Of a stretch of DNA of 64,000 bases, positions 41,608-52,535 are shown in pieces (within the stretch, counting starts at the first letter, position 1; every line of letters starts with the position of its first letter). The notes under the pieces were generated by a model. It made no database searches. It was not told the DNA's origin and saw only the letters and a list, made by a program, of their open reading frames with translations. A program made the translations under genes and the position numbers. This stretch comes from Candidatus Zymogenaceae bacterium (GTDB lineage Bacteria; Desulfobacterota; Zymogenia; Zymogenales; Zymogenaceae), in the NCBI GenBank assembly GCA_016933535.1, contig JAFGAS010000086.1, positions 74,392 through 138,391 of the forward strand, given 5' to 3'.

Positions 41608-41616
41608 ATTCTACCA
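41608..41616 (-). promoter_or_regulatory. Extended -10 promoter (probable leaderless mRNA)
   Basis: TGG-TAGAAT, 6 nt before ATG 41601. Confidence 0.45.
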
Positions 41617-41708
41617 GAGAATTTCCGAAAAAGGAAGTTAATCGTTTACTTCTCGATCTAAATCCAGTAGTATGCGGGGCATCTTACCCCCTTATAGGTG
41701 ATAGTCGC

Positions 41709-43076
41709 ATGAATACCGGGAAAGATGCGATTCACGAGAAGCTCCCATTTTATCGCAAGGTCCTGTACGGTGTGGGAGATTCCACAAACAGCCTCCTTTT
41801 TACCGTCACCGCCTTTTTCTATCTCTTCTTCCTCACCGATGTGGCGGGCATCGCGCCGGCGCTTGCCGGCTGGGTGCTGCTGGCCGGAAAGGCGTGGGAC
41901 GCCGTAACCGATCCGATGATGGGCTTCATTTCCGACCATACGAAGTCCCGATGGGGCCGCAGGCGCCCCTACTTCCTGGCCTGTGTCCCGGCGGCGGCCC
42001 TTTTCTACCTGATCTGGGTCGCTTACCCAATTCAAAACCAGATGCTCCTTTTTCTGACCTACGTGGGATTGAATCTCCTTTTCTGGACCTCATTTACCAT
42101 GATGGCCATACCCTATTCCGCGCTGATGCCGGAGCTTTCTCTCGATTACGACGACCGCACCTCGCTGGTCTCCGTCCGCATGGCCTTTTCCATCGTCTTC
42201 GGACTTCTGGCGGCCGTTGTCCCTATGGCGATCGTATCACTCTACCCCGACCGAAAGATCGGATTTGCCATGATGGCGCTCTTCGTTGGGGCCTTCGGTA
42301 TACTCCCCTATATCGTCAGCTTTTTCGGCACAAAAGAGCGGCCGGAGTATCAGCAGAAGGCTTCGCTGCCGTTCTTCTCCTCGCTCAGGGAAACGATGAA
42401 AAACCGGTCATACGTGGTGGCAATGGTCGTATTTCTTTTGAGCTGGGTATGCGTGGATGTGATCGGTGCGGTCTTCATCTATTTTATCATCTATTGGATG
42501 GGACTAACGGAGAACGATGTGTCGATCCTGTTGGGCATCATCTTTGTCACCGCGGTCCTTGTGCTGCCCTTCTGGGTCCTGGTCTCCAAATGGGTCGGCA
42601 AGAAGGCGGCTTATGTCATCGGAATGTCCTTTTGGGCGGTTGTCATGAGCCTGGCCTTTCTCCTGCATCCGGGCATTAACAACTGGTTTCTCTACCTCTT
42701 TTGTTTTCTTGCCGGTTTCGGCGTCTCCACGGCCCACGTGCTTCCCTGGTCGATGATTATCGACTGTATCGACATCGATGAGTACCGCACGGGGGCGCGC
42801 CGGGAGGGAATGTACACCGGCTTTACCCTCTTCGCCCAGAAACTGGCCTCATCGGTGGCCCTCCTGCTCGTGGGGGGATTCTTGGGCTGGGCGGGTTACG
42901 TGGCCAATACGGTGCAAAAAGAGAGCGCGCTGGTTGCCATCCGTGTGCTCCTCGGGCCCATCCCCGCCGTCCTGCTCATTCTATCGATCGTATGCGCCCT
43001 CTTCTACCCGATTACCAAGGCGGGCCACGAGAAGATCAGAGAGGAATTGGACAGGCGGCAGCAGGCGGCCCGGTAA
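41709..43076 (+). CDS. MFS transporter, GPH (MelB) family
   Basis: WDAVTDPMMGFISDHTKSRWGRRRPY, PYSALMPELS..YDDRT, RREGMY. Confidence 0.9.
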   Translation: MNTGKDAIHEKLPFYRKVLYGVGDSTNSLLFTVTAFFYLFFLTDVAGIAPALAGWVLLAGKAWDAVTDPMMGFISDHTKSRWGRRRPYFLACVPAAALFYLIWVAYPIQNQMLLFLTYVGLNLLFWTSFTMMAIPYSALMPELSLDYDDRTSLVSVRMAFSIVFGLLAAVVPMAIVSLYPDRKIGFAMMALFVGAFGILPYIVSFFGTKERPEYQQKASLPFFSSLRETMKNRSYVVAMVVFLLSWVCVDVIGAVFIYFIIYWMGLTENDVSILLGIIFVTAVLVLPFWVLVSKWVGKKAAYVIGMSFWAVVMSLAFLLHPGINNWFLYLFCFLAGFGVSTAHVLPWSMIIDCIDIDEYRTGARREGMYTGFTLFAQKLASSVALLLVGGFLGWAGYVANTVQKESALVAIRVLLGPIPAVLLILSIVCALFYPITKAGHEKIREELDRRQQAAR

Positions 43077-43188
43077 CGCCGACCCGACACATTGATATGA
43101 CATGCATGGCCCCGTTCTGCCGGCAGACCGGGGCCCCGAGCTTCCGCGGATGTTTGGCCGCGCATCCGGGCACTCGATCGGTCCGAAG

Positions 43189-43425
43189 ATGCCGTTTGCC
43201 GTAGCTAAATTTCAGATATCCAAGGAAGATCTCTATTCCATCATCGAGGTGAAAACCTTTCCCGACCTGGCGGCGGCAGAGGAATACTATGCCTCACACG
43301 GTTATGGGGACAAGTTTGGCGGCACCTGGCAGGAGCGGTGGGAATATCGCGTCGTCGAGGTGACCGACGGCCTCTATTACCTTCCCGGCGGTGGCCGGGT
43401 CTGGACGGTCCTCGACCGCGAATGA
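43189..43425 (+). CDS. Small hypothetical protein (start uncertain)
   Basis: Protein-like composition from MPFAVAKF onward; fills the gap between convergent genes; no SD visible. Confidence 0.5.
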   Translation: MPFAVAKFQISKEDLYSIIEVKTFPDLAAAEEYYASHGYGDKFGGTWQERWEYRVVEVTDGLYYLPGGGRVWTVLDRE

Positions 43426-43463
43426 TATTTCCGCCGCCGGCCGACGTATCGGGGAACCGCCTC

Positions 43464-44396
43464 CTATCGGCCCGATTCGATCCTTTCTTTCGGCCCTTCC
43501 TCCGGTATCGATGGTTCGCACGCCTTCTCTTCCCGCCATTGTTTTGCCCTGAACTCCGAGAAGATGATGCCCGCGAGGATCAAGGCCGCCCCGATGTAGC
43601 CGCGGCCCCTGAGCACCTCGCCGCCCCACCAGTACGCAAATACCGCCGCGAAGACCGGCTCCATCGTAAAGATGACCGCCGCCCTTGTGGGGGACGTGTA
43701 CTGCTGGGCCCAGGTCTGGACGGTGAAGTTGAACGCGGTCGCGAAGATCGCCAGAAACACGATAGCGACAATCACGTATCCCGACAGCGCATGGGGCGCT
43801 TTGCCCACCGTAACCGCCGATACCCCCGCCCAGGCCGTCATCGCCACCATCTGGGCGATCGCCACGAGGTACACGTCATGCTTGACCGCGTACCACCCCG
43901 TTAGGATCACGTGGAAGGCCACGCTTACCGAGCATGCGATAACCCAGACGTCTCCCCGGTTGATTGAAAAATCGTCTCCGACCGTCAGCAGGAAGAGCCC
44001 CGCCGCGCTGATTACCGCGCCGATCGTGGCTGTCGCCGCCGGCATTTTCCTAAAAAAAACCGCCAGGATGAACGGGACAAGGATCACGTGCAACCCGGTG
44101 ATAAACCCGGCGTTGGAGGCCGACGTGTAAGTAAGACCGATCGTCTGAAGCACAAAGGCCGAGAAGAGGACGGAGCCGAGTATGAATCCGTCCCGGAAGG
44201 AGCGAAAGGTAAACCTTTTTAGCCGTCCGGCAAAGACGACCAGCAGGATCGCGGTGGCAAGCGCAAATCGCAGGAAAAGGAACCAATAGAGGTCAAGCTC
44301 CATAATGGCCGTCTTGACCATAATGAAAGACATTCCCCAGAAGAGGCAAATGAGGACGAGCATCAGGTCGGCGATGACGCCTTTTCTGGTCGCCAT
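43464..44396 (-). CDS. DMT/EamA family transporter
   Basis: WGMSF, LRFALA, QTIGLTYTSASNAGFITGL, PTRAAVIFTMEPVFA. Confidence 0.9.
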   Translation of the reverse strand: MATRKGVIADLMLVLICLFWGMSFIMVKTAIMELDLYWFLFLRFALATAILLVVFAGRLKRFTFRSFRDGFILGSVLFSAFVLQTIGLTYTSASNAGFITGLHVILVPFILAVFFRKMPAATATIGAVISAAGLFLLTVGDDFSINRGDVWVIACSVSVAFHVILTGWYAVKHDVYLVAIAQMVAMTAWAGVSAVTVGKAPHALSGYVIVAIVFLAIFATAFNFTVQTWAQQYTSPTRAAVIFTMEPVFAAVFAYWWGGEVLRGRGYIGAALILAGIIFSEFRAKQWREEKACEPSIPEEGPKERIESGR

Positions 44397-44418
44397 GGGA
44401 ACCCTCGAGATAATGGGT

Positions 44419-44445
44419 AAAAGAAAGGGGCATTTCTCATGCCCC
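44419..44445 (-). terminator. Intrinsic terminator after ahcY
   Basis: Minus strand: GGGGCAT-GAGAA-ATGCCCC followed by TTTCTTTT. Confidence 0.7.
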
Positions 44446-44492
44446 GTAGTCTATCGATCTTCTCGTACTGTAATAGCGCTTACGGCCGTCGA

Positions 44493-45818
<1,326 letters not shown>

Positions 45819-45895
45819 CTATCTTCCTTTCCGCCGCCTGCCGACAACCCGATTTTTCTTTTTTCGGGCATTGTTGGGCGATGGAAACGGACTCC

Positions 45896-47065
45896 CTACA
45901 CTCCGGCCGCTTTCTTGAGCCGTTTGGCCATATCGGTTACTTCCCAGTTAAAGCCCTTCTCTTCCCTGCCGAAGTGGCCGTAGGCGGCCGTCCTCGTATA
46001 TATCGGGTTGAGCAGGTCGAGCCGTTCAATTATGGCCGACGGGCGAAAATCAAACTCCTCTTGAATGATCCGGGCAATCTGATCCGGCGGAATGACGCTG
46101 GTCCCTCCGGTGTTAATCATAAGGGAAACCGGCTCGGCCTTCCCGATCGCATAGGCGACCTGAACCTCGCAACGTTCTGCAAGACCCGCTGCTACGACGT
46201 TTTTGGCAACGTAGCGCGCCATGTAGGAACCGGAGCGGTCGACTTTTGAGGGATCTTTGCCCGAAAAACATCCGCCCCCGTGGCTCCCCTGGCCTCCGTA
46301 GGTATCCACGATGATCTTGCGTCCGGTCACACCGCAGTCGCCCTGGGGGCCGCCGATAACAAAACGTCCGGTTTCGTTGACGTAGAATTTTGTCTTTTTA
46401 TCGAGGAGGCTGTCCGGCATGACCGTCCTAATGACCTCCTCAATGATCGATTCCTTGAGCTTCTGGTACTTCACATCGGGATTATGCTGGGCGGCCACGA
46501 CGACTGCGTCCACCCTCACGGGCTTGTTATTGACATACTGGACCGTCACCTGGGACTTTCCGTCGGGGCGAAGAAACGGCAGTATGCCCTTTTTCCGAAC
46601 TTCGGCAAGTCTCCTGCATACCTTGTGGGCGAACATGATGCTCATCGGCATCAGCTCGGGAGTATCGTCACAGGCATATCCGAACATCAACCCTTGGTCA
46701 CCGGCGCCCTGCTCTTTGTGGAGACCCTGGCCGGGGGTTACTCCCTGAGAAATATCGGGAGACTGTTTGTCGATGGAAGTCAACACGGCGCAGGTCTCCC
46801 AATCAAATCCCATCGTGGCGTCGGTATATCCTATGTCTTTTATGGTGTTACGGACAATCTGCGGCATATCCACCCAGGTGTCGGTGGTGATTTCCCCGGC
46901 TATGATGGCAAATCCGGTGGATACAAGGGTCTCGCACGCAACCCGCCCTTTTTTGTCTTCGGCGATTATCGCGTCGAGAATTGCATCGGAGATCTGATCG
47001 GCCACCTTGTCGGGATGGCCTTCGGTTACCGATTCCGATGTGAAGAGAAAGTCAGTCATTGACAT
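45896..47065 (-). CDS. metK: S-adenosylmethionine synthetase
   Basis: [35 protein letters not shown]. Confidence 0.98.
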   Translation of the reverse strand: MSMTDFLFTSESVTEGHPDKVADQISDAILDAIIAEDKKGRVACETLVSTGFAIIAGEITTDTWVDMPQIVRNTIKDIGYTDATMGFDWETCAVLTSIDKQSPDISQGVTPGQGLHKEQGAGDQGLMFGYACDDTPELMPMSIMFAHKVCRRLAEVRKKGILPFLRPDGKSQVTVQYVNNKPVRVDAVVVAAQHNPDVKYQKLKESIIEEVIRTVMPDSLLDKKTKFYVNETGRFVIGGPQGDCGVTGRKIIVDTYGGQGSHGGGCFSGKDPSKVDRSGSYMARYVAKNVVAAGLAERCEVQVAYAIGKAEPVSLMINTGGTSVIPPDQIARIIQEEFDFRPSAIIERLDLLNPIYTRTAAYGHFGREEKGFNWEVTDMAKRLKKAAGV

Positions 47066-47141
47066 AATGGGTACCTCCAGTCTGCAATGGTTCCTGCTGT
47101 ATGAGAAATTTGATACGTTCTATTTTAATTTTAACCTTTTA

Positions 47142-47170
47142 TATATATCTTCACATCAGGAAAAAGTCAA
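47142..47170 (-). promoter_or_regulatory. sigma70 promoter for metK-ahcY
   Basis: TTGACT-17 nt-TATATA in an AT-rich spacer. Confidence 0.5.
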
Positions 47171-47194
47171 GTGAAATTAGGCACGTCGCAAAGA

Positions 47195-48970
47195 CTAGTG
47201 CGTGATGTTATTGTTTGAGAAGATAGTGGGAAATCTATCTCTCAATTCGAGGAATACATATCGGTCTATTTCCCTGGCAGTGGCGAATGTGAGGATCTCG
47301 TCTGTAATCGTCCTGCAGTCTTTATACGAGATTTCTCTGAGAATCTTCTTTACTCTGAGGATCGACATGGCATTCATCGACAGTTCGTCCAATCCGATTC
47401 CCACCAGTATCGGAAGATAGAGTGGCTCGCCCGCCATTTCTCCGCACATGCCAACCTTTATGCCCCGTTCATGAGCCGCATGTACCACCCCCCCGATCAT
47501 TCGGAGCACCGCCGGATGAAGCGGCTCGTAGAGATAGTTCACGTGTTCATTAACGCGGTCTATGGCCAGGGAATACTGGATCAGGTCGTTGGTGCCAATG
47601 GAAAAAAAATCGACCTCTTTTGCCAGCAGGTCTGCGATAATCATCGCCGACGGGACTTCCATCATAGTTCCGATCTCGATATTCTCGTCAAACGGAACGC
47701 CCCGACCGATCAGGTCATCTTTGGCCTCTTCGAGAATCATCTTGGTCAGACGTATCTCCTCTATACCGGAAATCATCGGGAACATTATCTTAACCGGCCC
47801 GTATGCGCTCGCACGCAGTATCGCCCGAAGCTGATCCTTGAAGATATCTACTTCCTTGAGGCAAAACCGTATGGCCCTCAGTCCCATCGCCGGGTTCATT
47901 TCCTGTGCGAGGTCTATCGGGGAGAGAAAACGGTCTCCGCCGAGGTCAAACGTCCTGATTATAGTGACCTTCGGCTTCATGTTTTCCACGACATATTTGT
48001 ATACCTCGAAGTGTTCATCCTCCGTCGGGAGACTCTTTCGATTGAGATAAATGAATTCCGTTCTATACAGACCGATACCTTCCGCCCCGTGCTCCTTGAT
48101 GGACTTTATTTCATGGGGCATCTCGATATTGGCCATAAGTGACATCCGGTAGCCGTCGGTAGTAACGGCAGCAAGCTCGGTTATGGAAAGCAGTTCACGT
48201 TCTTCATCCTGGTATCGCTTGAGCAGTTCCTCGTATTCAATGCGCACCTCGGACGAGGGATTGATGATAACCTGTCCCGTGGTTCCGTTGACGATGATAC
48301 AGTCTCCGTTCTTTACCATGGCACTGACCGTCTCCAGACCCACCACCGACGGTATTTCTAGGGAACGCGCCATAATAGCGGTATGCGAGGTCCGCCCGCC
48401 TATATCGGTGACAAACCCCTTGATGACTTTGCGGTCTATCTGAGCCGTATCGGCTGGCGACAGGTCGTGGGCCACTACGATCACATCCTCGGTGATACCC
48501 GTGATGCTCTCCTGACGCTTTCCAACAAGGTTCCTCATGATTCTCTCGACCACGTAGTCTACATCGGCCATACGTTCGGAGAGATATTCGTCGTCGAGCT
48601 CCTTAAAGAACTGGCTTATTTTTTCGTGTTGAATCTTAAGCGCCCACTCGGCGTTAACCTGATCGTCCCGGATGATTTTTTCCGTATCGTCGACAATCAT
48701 TCGGTCTTGCAGAATGAGGAAGTGGGCATCAATTATATGCTTGAATTCGTCGAAATGATCGCCGCGAATTTTATCGGAGACTTCCGTCAATTGCTTCTTT
48801 GAGTGCTCGATGGCCCGCCTGAATCGCTTGATCTCGGGAGTTATGCCGCTTTTACCGACGCTATTCAGGCTGTAGGTGACCTTTGCCCGATCGATGAGAT
48901 ATACCTTGCCGATCACGATGCCGGACGATACCCCGATTCCCGTAAGACGTGTCTCTTCTTTAGGAGACAT
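47195..48970 (-). CDS. ptsI: PTS enzyme I
   Basis: GGRTSHTAIMARSL (phospho-His), GIGLYRTEF, NPAMGLRAIR, DFFSIGTNDL, GMCGEMAG; no N-terminal GAF domain. Confidence 0.95.
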   Translation of the reverse strand: MSPKEETRLTGIGVSSGIVIGKVYLIDRAKVTYSLNSVGKSGITPEIKRFRRAIEHSKKQLTEVSDKIRGDHFDEFKHIIDAHFLILQDRMIVDDTEKIIRDDQVNAEWALKIQHEKISQFFKELDDEYLSERMADVDYVVERIMRNLVGKRQESITGITEDVIVVAHDLSPADTAQIDRKVIKGFVTDIGGRTSHTAIMARSLEIPSVVGLETVSAMVKNGDCIIVNGTTGQVIINPSSEVRIEYEELLKRYQDEERELLSITELAAVTTDGYRMSLMANIEMPHEIKSIKEHGAEGIGLYRTEFIYLNRKSLPTEDEHFEVYKYVVENMKPKVTIIRTFDLGGDRFLSPIDLAQEMNPAMGLRAIRFCLKEVDIFKDQLRAILRASAYGPVKIMFPMISGIEEIRLTKMILEEAKDDLIGRGVPFDENIEIGTMMEVPSAMIIADLLAKEVDFFSIGTNDLIQYSLAIDRVNEHVNYLYEPLHPAVLRMIGGVVHAAHERGIKVGMCGEMAGEPLYLPILVGIGLDELSMNAMSILRVKKILREISYKDCRTITDEILTFATAREIDRYVFLELRDRFPTIFSNNNITH

Positions 48971-49237
48971 CTATTCTTCTCCAAACTTGCTACTAATCAA
49001 TTTACCCAATTCCGTCACCGCCTTTCTGGCGTCCGGTCCCTGCGCCGTCACCGTAATGGCGCTTCCCTGGGTTGCCCCGAGCATAAGAATACCCATGATA
49101 CTCTTGCCGTTGACTTCCACTCCGTCCTTGATGACCGTAACCTGTGACTGAAAAGAACTTGCCGCTTTTATGAAGAGGACGGCGGCCCGGGCGTGCAACC
49201 CGAGTTTATTGACGATCTGAAACTCCTCCGAATACAT
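48971..49237 (-). CDS. ptsH: Phosphocarrier protein HPr
   Basis: NKLGLHARAA (His15) and NGKSIMG (Ser46); start set at ATG 49237. Confidence 0.93.
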   Translation of the reverse strand: MYSEEFQIVNKLGLHARAAVLFIKAASSFQSQVTVIKDGVEVNGKSIMGILMLGATQGSAITVTAQGPDARKAVTELGKLISSKFGEE

Positions 49238-49306
49238 AGTAAGGGAATTCCCATTTAGTTTAGAATCTAATTCTTGCATGTCTGCAACTAATCTTAATCC
49301 ATGTAA

Positions 49307-50044
49307 CTACGACAACCAGCATATCAGCAGGACTATAAGTGAAAAAGCATATATCTGGGTGAGTATACCCACTCCCTTTTTTATCAGCAGCCCGACAATA
49401 AATATCGTTACAACAGGCACTACTCTCAGCCATGCGGACTCTCCCGAAACCATCGGCAACGGTAAGAAGAAGGCAAGGCTGGCCGCCAGGAGGCCCAACA
49501 GGACGATGGTAATTCTTTTTAAACGGATCGAGAGATTGGGGATCTCCATACGTTTGACATATCTCATCAAATCCATTCTTCCCCGAATACCGTGCATGAA
49601 TCCCATACCGCGTACCCAGAGGTGAACGGTATTATAGAGCACGAGAAATATCACGGGCGAAAGCACGCTACCCCAAACGGCCGCTATAATGGCCGTAATC
49701 GAGAAAAGGGGCTTGAATGTCGACCAGAAAAGGGAGTCTCCGAGGGCCGCAAACGGATTGGAGAGCGTATCCTTTATCTCCCTGATCTCATTTCCGGCCT
49801 CCGCGCCCCGCTGCAGCTGGGCGGATGCCGCCGCCCCGATAATTGCCGACGCAAAATAGGGATGGCTGTTGAAGTAGGTGAGATGATCGGTCAGAAGTCC
49901 TATACGCTCCTTCTTGGTGCGGCTCACCGCTTCTATAACGGGTGCCATCCCAAAGGCAAATCCGATGTTCTGCATTCCTTCAAAATTCCAGCAGCCCTGG
50001 ATGAGAAAGCTTCTCATAAAGACCCTGGCAAGAAGTGATCTCAT
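49307..50044 (-). CDS. PTS mannose/fructose/sorbose family IID
   Basis: QGCWNFEGMQNIGF, FNSHPY, PFAALGDSLFW; ATGA overlap with the IIC stop. Confidence 0.9.
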   Translation of the reverse strand: MRSLLARVFMRSFLIQGCWNFEGMQNIGFAFGMAPVIEAVSRTKKERIGLLTDHLTYFNSHPYFASAIIGAAASAQLQRGAEAGNEIREIKDTLSNPFAALGDSLFWSTFKPLFSITAIIAAVWGSVLSPVIFLVLYNTVHLWVRGMGFMHGIRGRMDLMRYVKRMEIPNLSIRLKRITIVLLGLLAASLAFFLPLPMVSGESAWLRVVPVVTIFIVGLLIKKGVGILTQIYAFSLIVLLICWLS

Positions 50045-50751
50045 CGGATTCCTCCCGATAAAGAGATCATCAGGACAAAGGTCAAGAGATAGGTAATTCC
50101 GAATGTGAGAAAACCTTTTTGTCTGCCGAGCACCGCCCCACATCCGAAAAACGGCAGCGACCAGAAGATCCAGATAAGGGCGGTCAGGACGGTTCGGGGC
50201 AGGCGCGGATACAATAGGTACGTCGCGGCAAGGGCACAGAGGACGCCGATGCCGGTAAACAGCGTAAAGAGTATAAAGAAAGACGCGAGTCCGGCTGAAT
50301 TTTGCCGCTGGACTCCCCGGATTTCTCCATTCTTTGCGGCCGCTTTTGCCCGGGTCAGAAAGATGCCGTTTATCTTCCTGGCTCCCGAGTCGAGCACCCT
50401 GCCAACCTCCGACAGTGGAAGTGAGACGAGTACCGCCAGTCCCAGCAGCGAGGCGTCCATCGTCCCCAGGAGCCTTCCGGTTATAATGCCTGCCGCCGGT
50501 GCCGCAACGGCCACGATCGTATCGTCGGGGGGCAGCGCCGTACCCAGCGGCTGAGTCCCGAGCCACAGGAGTTCCAACACCATTCCGATTATGAGGCCGG
50601 TTTTCACATCGCCCAGTATCAAACCCGTTACGGTAGATGAGATAAGCGGCCGCGAAACGAGAAACTGGAGGGCGGCGGTTCTGTCGAGGTGCAGCAGCCC
50701 ACCGACGACCGATAGTATCACCACCGTCCAGGCAAGGTTTCCCATATCCAT
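50041..50751 (-). CDS. PTS mannose family IIC
   Basis: SRPLI..GLILGD..GLIIG..LELLWLG..PLGTALPPD. Confidence 0.88.
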   Translation of the reverse strand: MDMGNLAWTVVILSVVGGLLHLDRTAALQFLVSRPLISSTVTGLILGDVKTGLIIGMVLELLWLGTQPLGTALPPDDTIVAVAAPAAGIITGRLLGTMDASLLGLAVLVSLPLSEVGRVLDSGARKINGIFLTRAKAAAKNGEIRGVQRQNSAGLASFFILFTLFTGIGVLCALAATYLLYPRLPRTVLTALIWIFWSLPFFGCGAVLGRQKGFLTFGITYLLTFVLMISLSGGIR

Positions 50752-51242
50752 TATCCGTACCGCACCTTCTTGAAGATGTTCTTCAGCTCTAATCTTCGCT
50801 CCCCGGGTACTGAGCGGGTATCGATGGATACTCCTTTATTTGAAAGCTCTTCAATCTCCGTGGTATCGTCAAGGCCCACACAGAGATTCGAGCTTACCTG
50901 GACCTTTCCCTCGCAAAAGTGCATATTACCGAGATTGAGAGAATCGTATCTAAAACCGTTATCAAAAGCGCTCTTGGCATCCCGGATCGAGGAAAACAGA
51001 ACGATAAGTCTCTTTGTTGGGAACCCTCCGTTCTTGTATTTTATGGCGGCTTCCTTTATAGAACTGAAGTCGATCTCGATACTGCTCGGGACGGCCATTT
51101 CCATCACGGATCGCTTGAGGAGATTCTTCTGGACCTCGTTGTCAACCACCATCAGGGCCTCGGCTTTGGTATAGGGGATCCATGCCTCGAGGATCTGACC
51201 ATGGACGAGGCGGCTGTCAACCCGGACGAGGACGATGCACAT
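50751..51242 (-). CDS. PTS mannose family IIB
   Basis: RVDSRLVHGQI (phospho-His), LNLGNM. Confidence 0.92.
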   Translation of the reverse strand: MCIVLVRVDSRLVHGQILEAWIPYTKAEALMVVDNEVQKNLLKRSVMEMAVPSSIEIDFSSIKEAAIKYKNGGFPTKRLIVLFSSIRDAKSAFDNGFRYDSLNLGNMHFCEGKVQVSSNLCVGLDDTTEIEELSNKGVSIDTRSVPGERRLELKNIFKKVRYG

Positions 51243-51244
51243 GA

Positions 51245-51646
51245 TTACCCCTTTTTACTGAGAAACTCGGTGGCGACATTTATATTATTCCTTCCGGACT
51301 CCTTGGCCTTGATCGCCAGTTCCTTGAGGGGCGTCTCGCCCCGTTGCGCCGTTACCTTGATGAGCATCGGAAGATTCGCCCCTGATACCACTTCTACCTG
51401 CGGACTCAGGAATGTCAGCGCAAGGTTCGAGGGAGTGCCTCCAAACATATCGGTTAGAATAATGACACCGTTACCGCTGTTGACCTCCTTCACGGCGCTC
51501 TGGATCTCTTTTCGGAGGATCTCCACGTCTTTTTTCGGATCCAGCGAAAGCGCTCGGGACGCCGGAATCTTTCCGACAATGAGCTCGGCGGTTTTGAGGA
51601 GCTCGGAGGCAAGGTTCAAATGAGACACAATGACTATCCCCACCAT
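51245..51646 (-). CDS. PTS mannose family IIA
   Basis: IVIVSH, LTDMFGGTPSN, GANLPML. Confidence 0.92.
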   Translation of the reverse strand: MVGIVIVSHLNLASELLKTAELIVGKIPASRALSLDPKKDVEILRKEIQSAVKEVNSGNGVIILTDMFGGTPSNLALTFLSPQVEVVSGANLPMLIKVTAQRGETPLKELAIKAKESGRNNINVATEFLSKKG

Positions 51647-51663
51647 CTATTTGTCACCTTCAA

Positions 51664-52521
51664 TCATGATTTTGTAATATCCCGATGATTTATCTTGATG
51701 TTATACACACCGTCCTCGGCAACGCTCCGGGCCAATTGTTCGGCGATCACCACCGAGCGATGCATTCCGCCCGTACATCCTATCGCCACCGTTAAATATG
51801 ATTTGCCCTCTTTGACATAGTTTGGCAGCAGGAAATGCATCAATTGCACAAATCGTGAAAGAAACTCCTTTGTCTCTTCCTTTTCGAGGACGAACTCCTT
51901 GATCTTTGGATCGAGGCCGGAAAGGGATTTCAGGTCCTCAACAAAATAGGGATTTGGCAGAAACCTGACATCCATCACAATATCGGCGTCCGACGGCGCG
52001 CCGTAGCGGTATCCGAACGAAACGATCGTCAGGTTGAGCCTCTTTTCCGGTAGCGACCCCCTGAAGTAGTCAAAAATGACCTCCCGTAACTGATGGGGAT
52101 TGAGATTGGAGGTGTCAATGACTCGATGTGCCGTGTTCTTGAGCTCACCGAGGAGCCCCCGCTCCGCCTCGATCCCCGCATCGAGGTCTTCACCCCCGAT
52201 GGGATGGAGCCTGCGGGTTTCCTTATACCTCCTGATCAGCGCCCCGTCATCGGCATCCAGGAATATAATCCGATAATCTTCTCCCCGTCGTTTAAGTTTT
52301 TTCAATACGGCGGGAAGCTCGGAGAAGAACATCTTTTCCCGCATATCCATCACCACGGCCACTTTGTTGATATCCCATCTCGACTGTGAAGTAAGCTCCA
52401 GCACCTTGGGCAGGAGTACCACCGGGAGGTTATCGATACAGAAATATCCGATATCCTCAAGGGCCTTAATTGCCGTGCTCTTGCCCGAACCGGATAGTCC
52501 GGTAATGATAACAAGTCTGAT
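51664..52521 (-). CDS. rapZ: RNase adapter / P-loop NTPase RapZ (YvcJ), apparent ATC start
   Basis: In-frame (I)RLVIITGLSGSGKS..LEDIGYFCIDNLP upstream of the ORF-track start; SFGYRYG, DVRFLPNPY, IGCTGGMHRSV, HRD. Confidence 0.93.
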   Translation of the reverse strand: MRLVIITGLSGSGKSTAIKALEDIGYFCIDNLPVVLLPKVLELTSQSRWDINKVAVVMDMREKMFFSELPAVLKKLKRRGEDYRIIFLDADDGALIRRYKETRRLHPIGGEDLDAGIEAERGLLGELKNTAHRVIDTSNLNPHQLREVIFDYFRGSLPEKRLNLTIVSFGYRYGAPSDADIVMDVRFLPNPYFVEDLKSLSGLDPKIKEFVLEKEETKEFLSRFVQLMHFLLPNYVKEGKSYLTVAIGCTGGMHRSVVIAEQLARSVAEDGVYNIKINHRDITKS

Positions 52522-52535
52522 GGTCTCTCTCCTTA

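Noticed and set aside
50045-50566. 174-aa N-terminal extension of PTS IID
   Set aside because: Overlaps IIC in another frame; the real start is the ATGA-coupled ATG at 50044.
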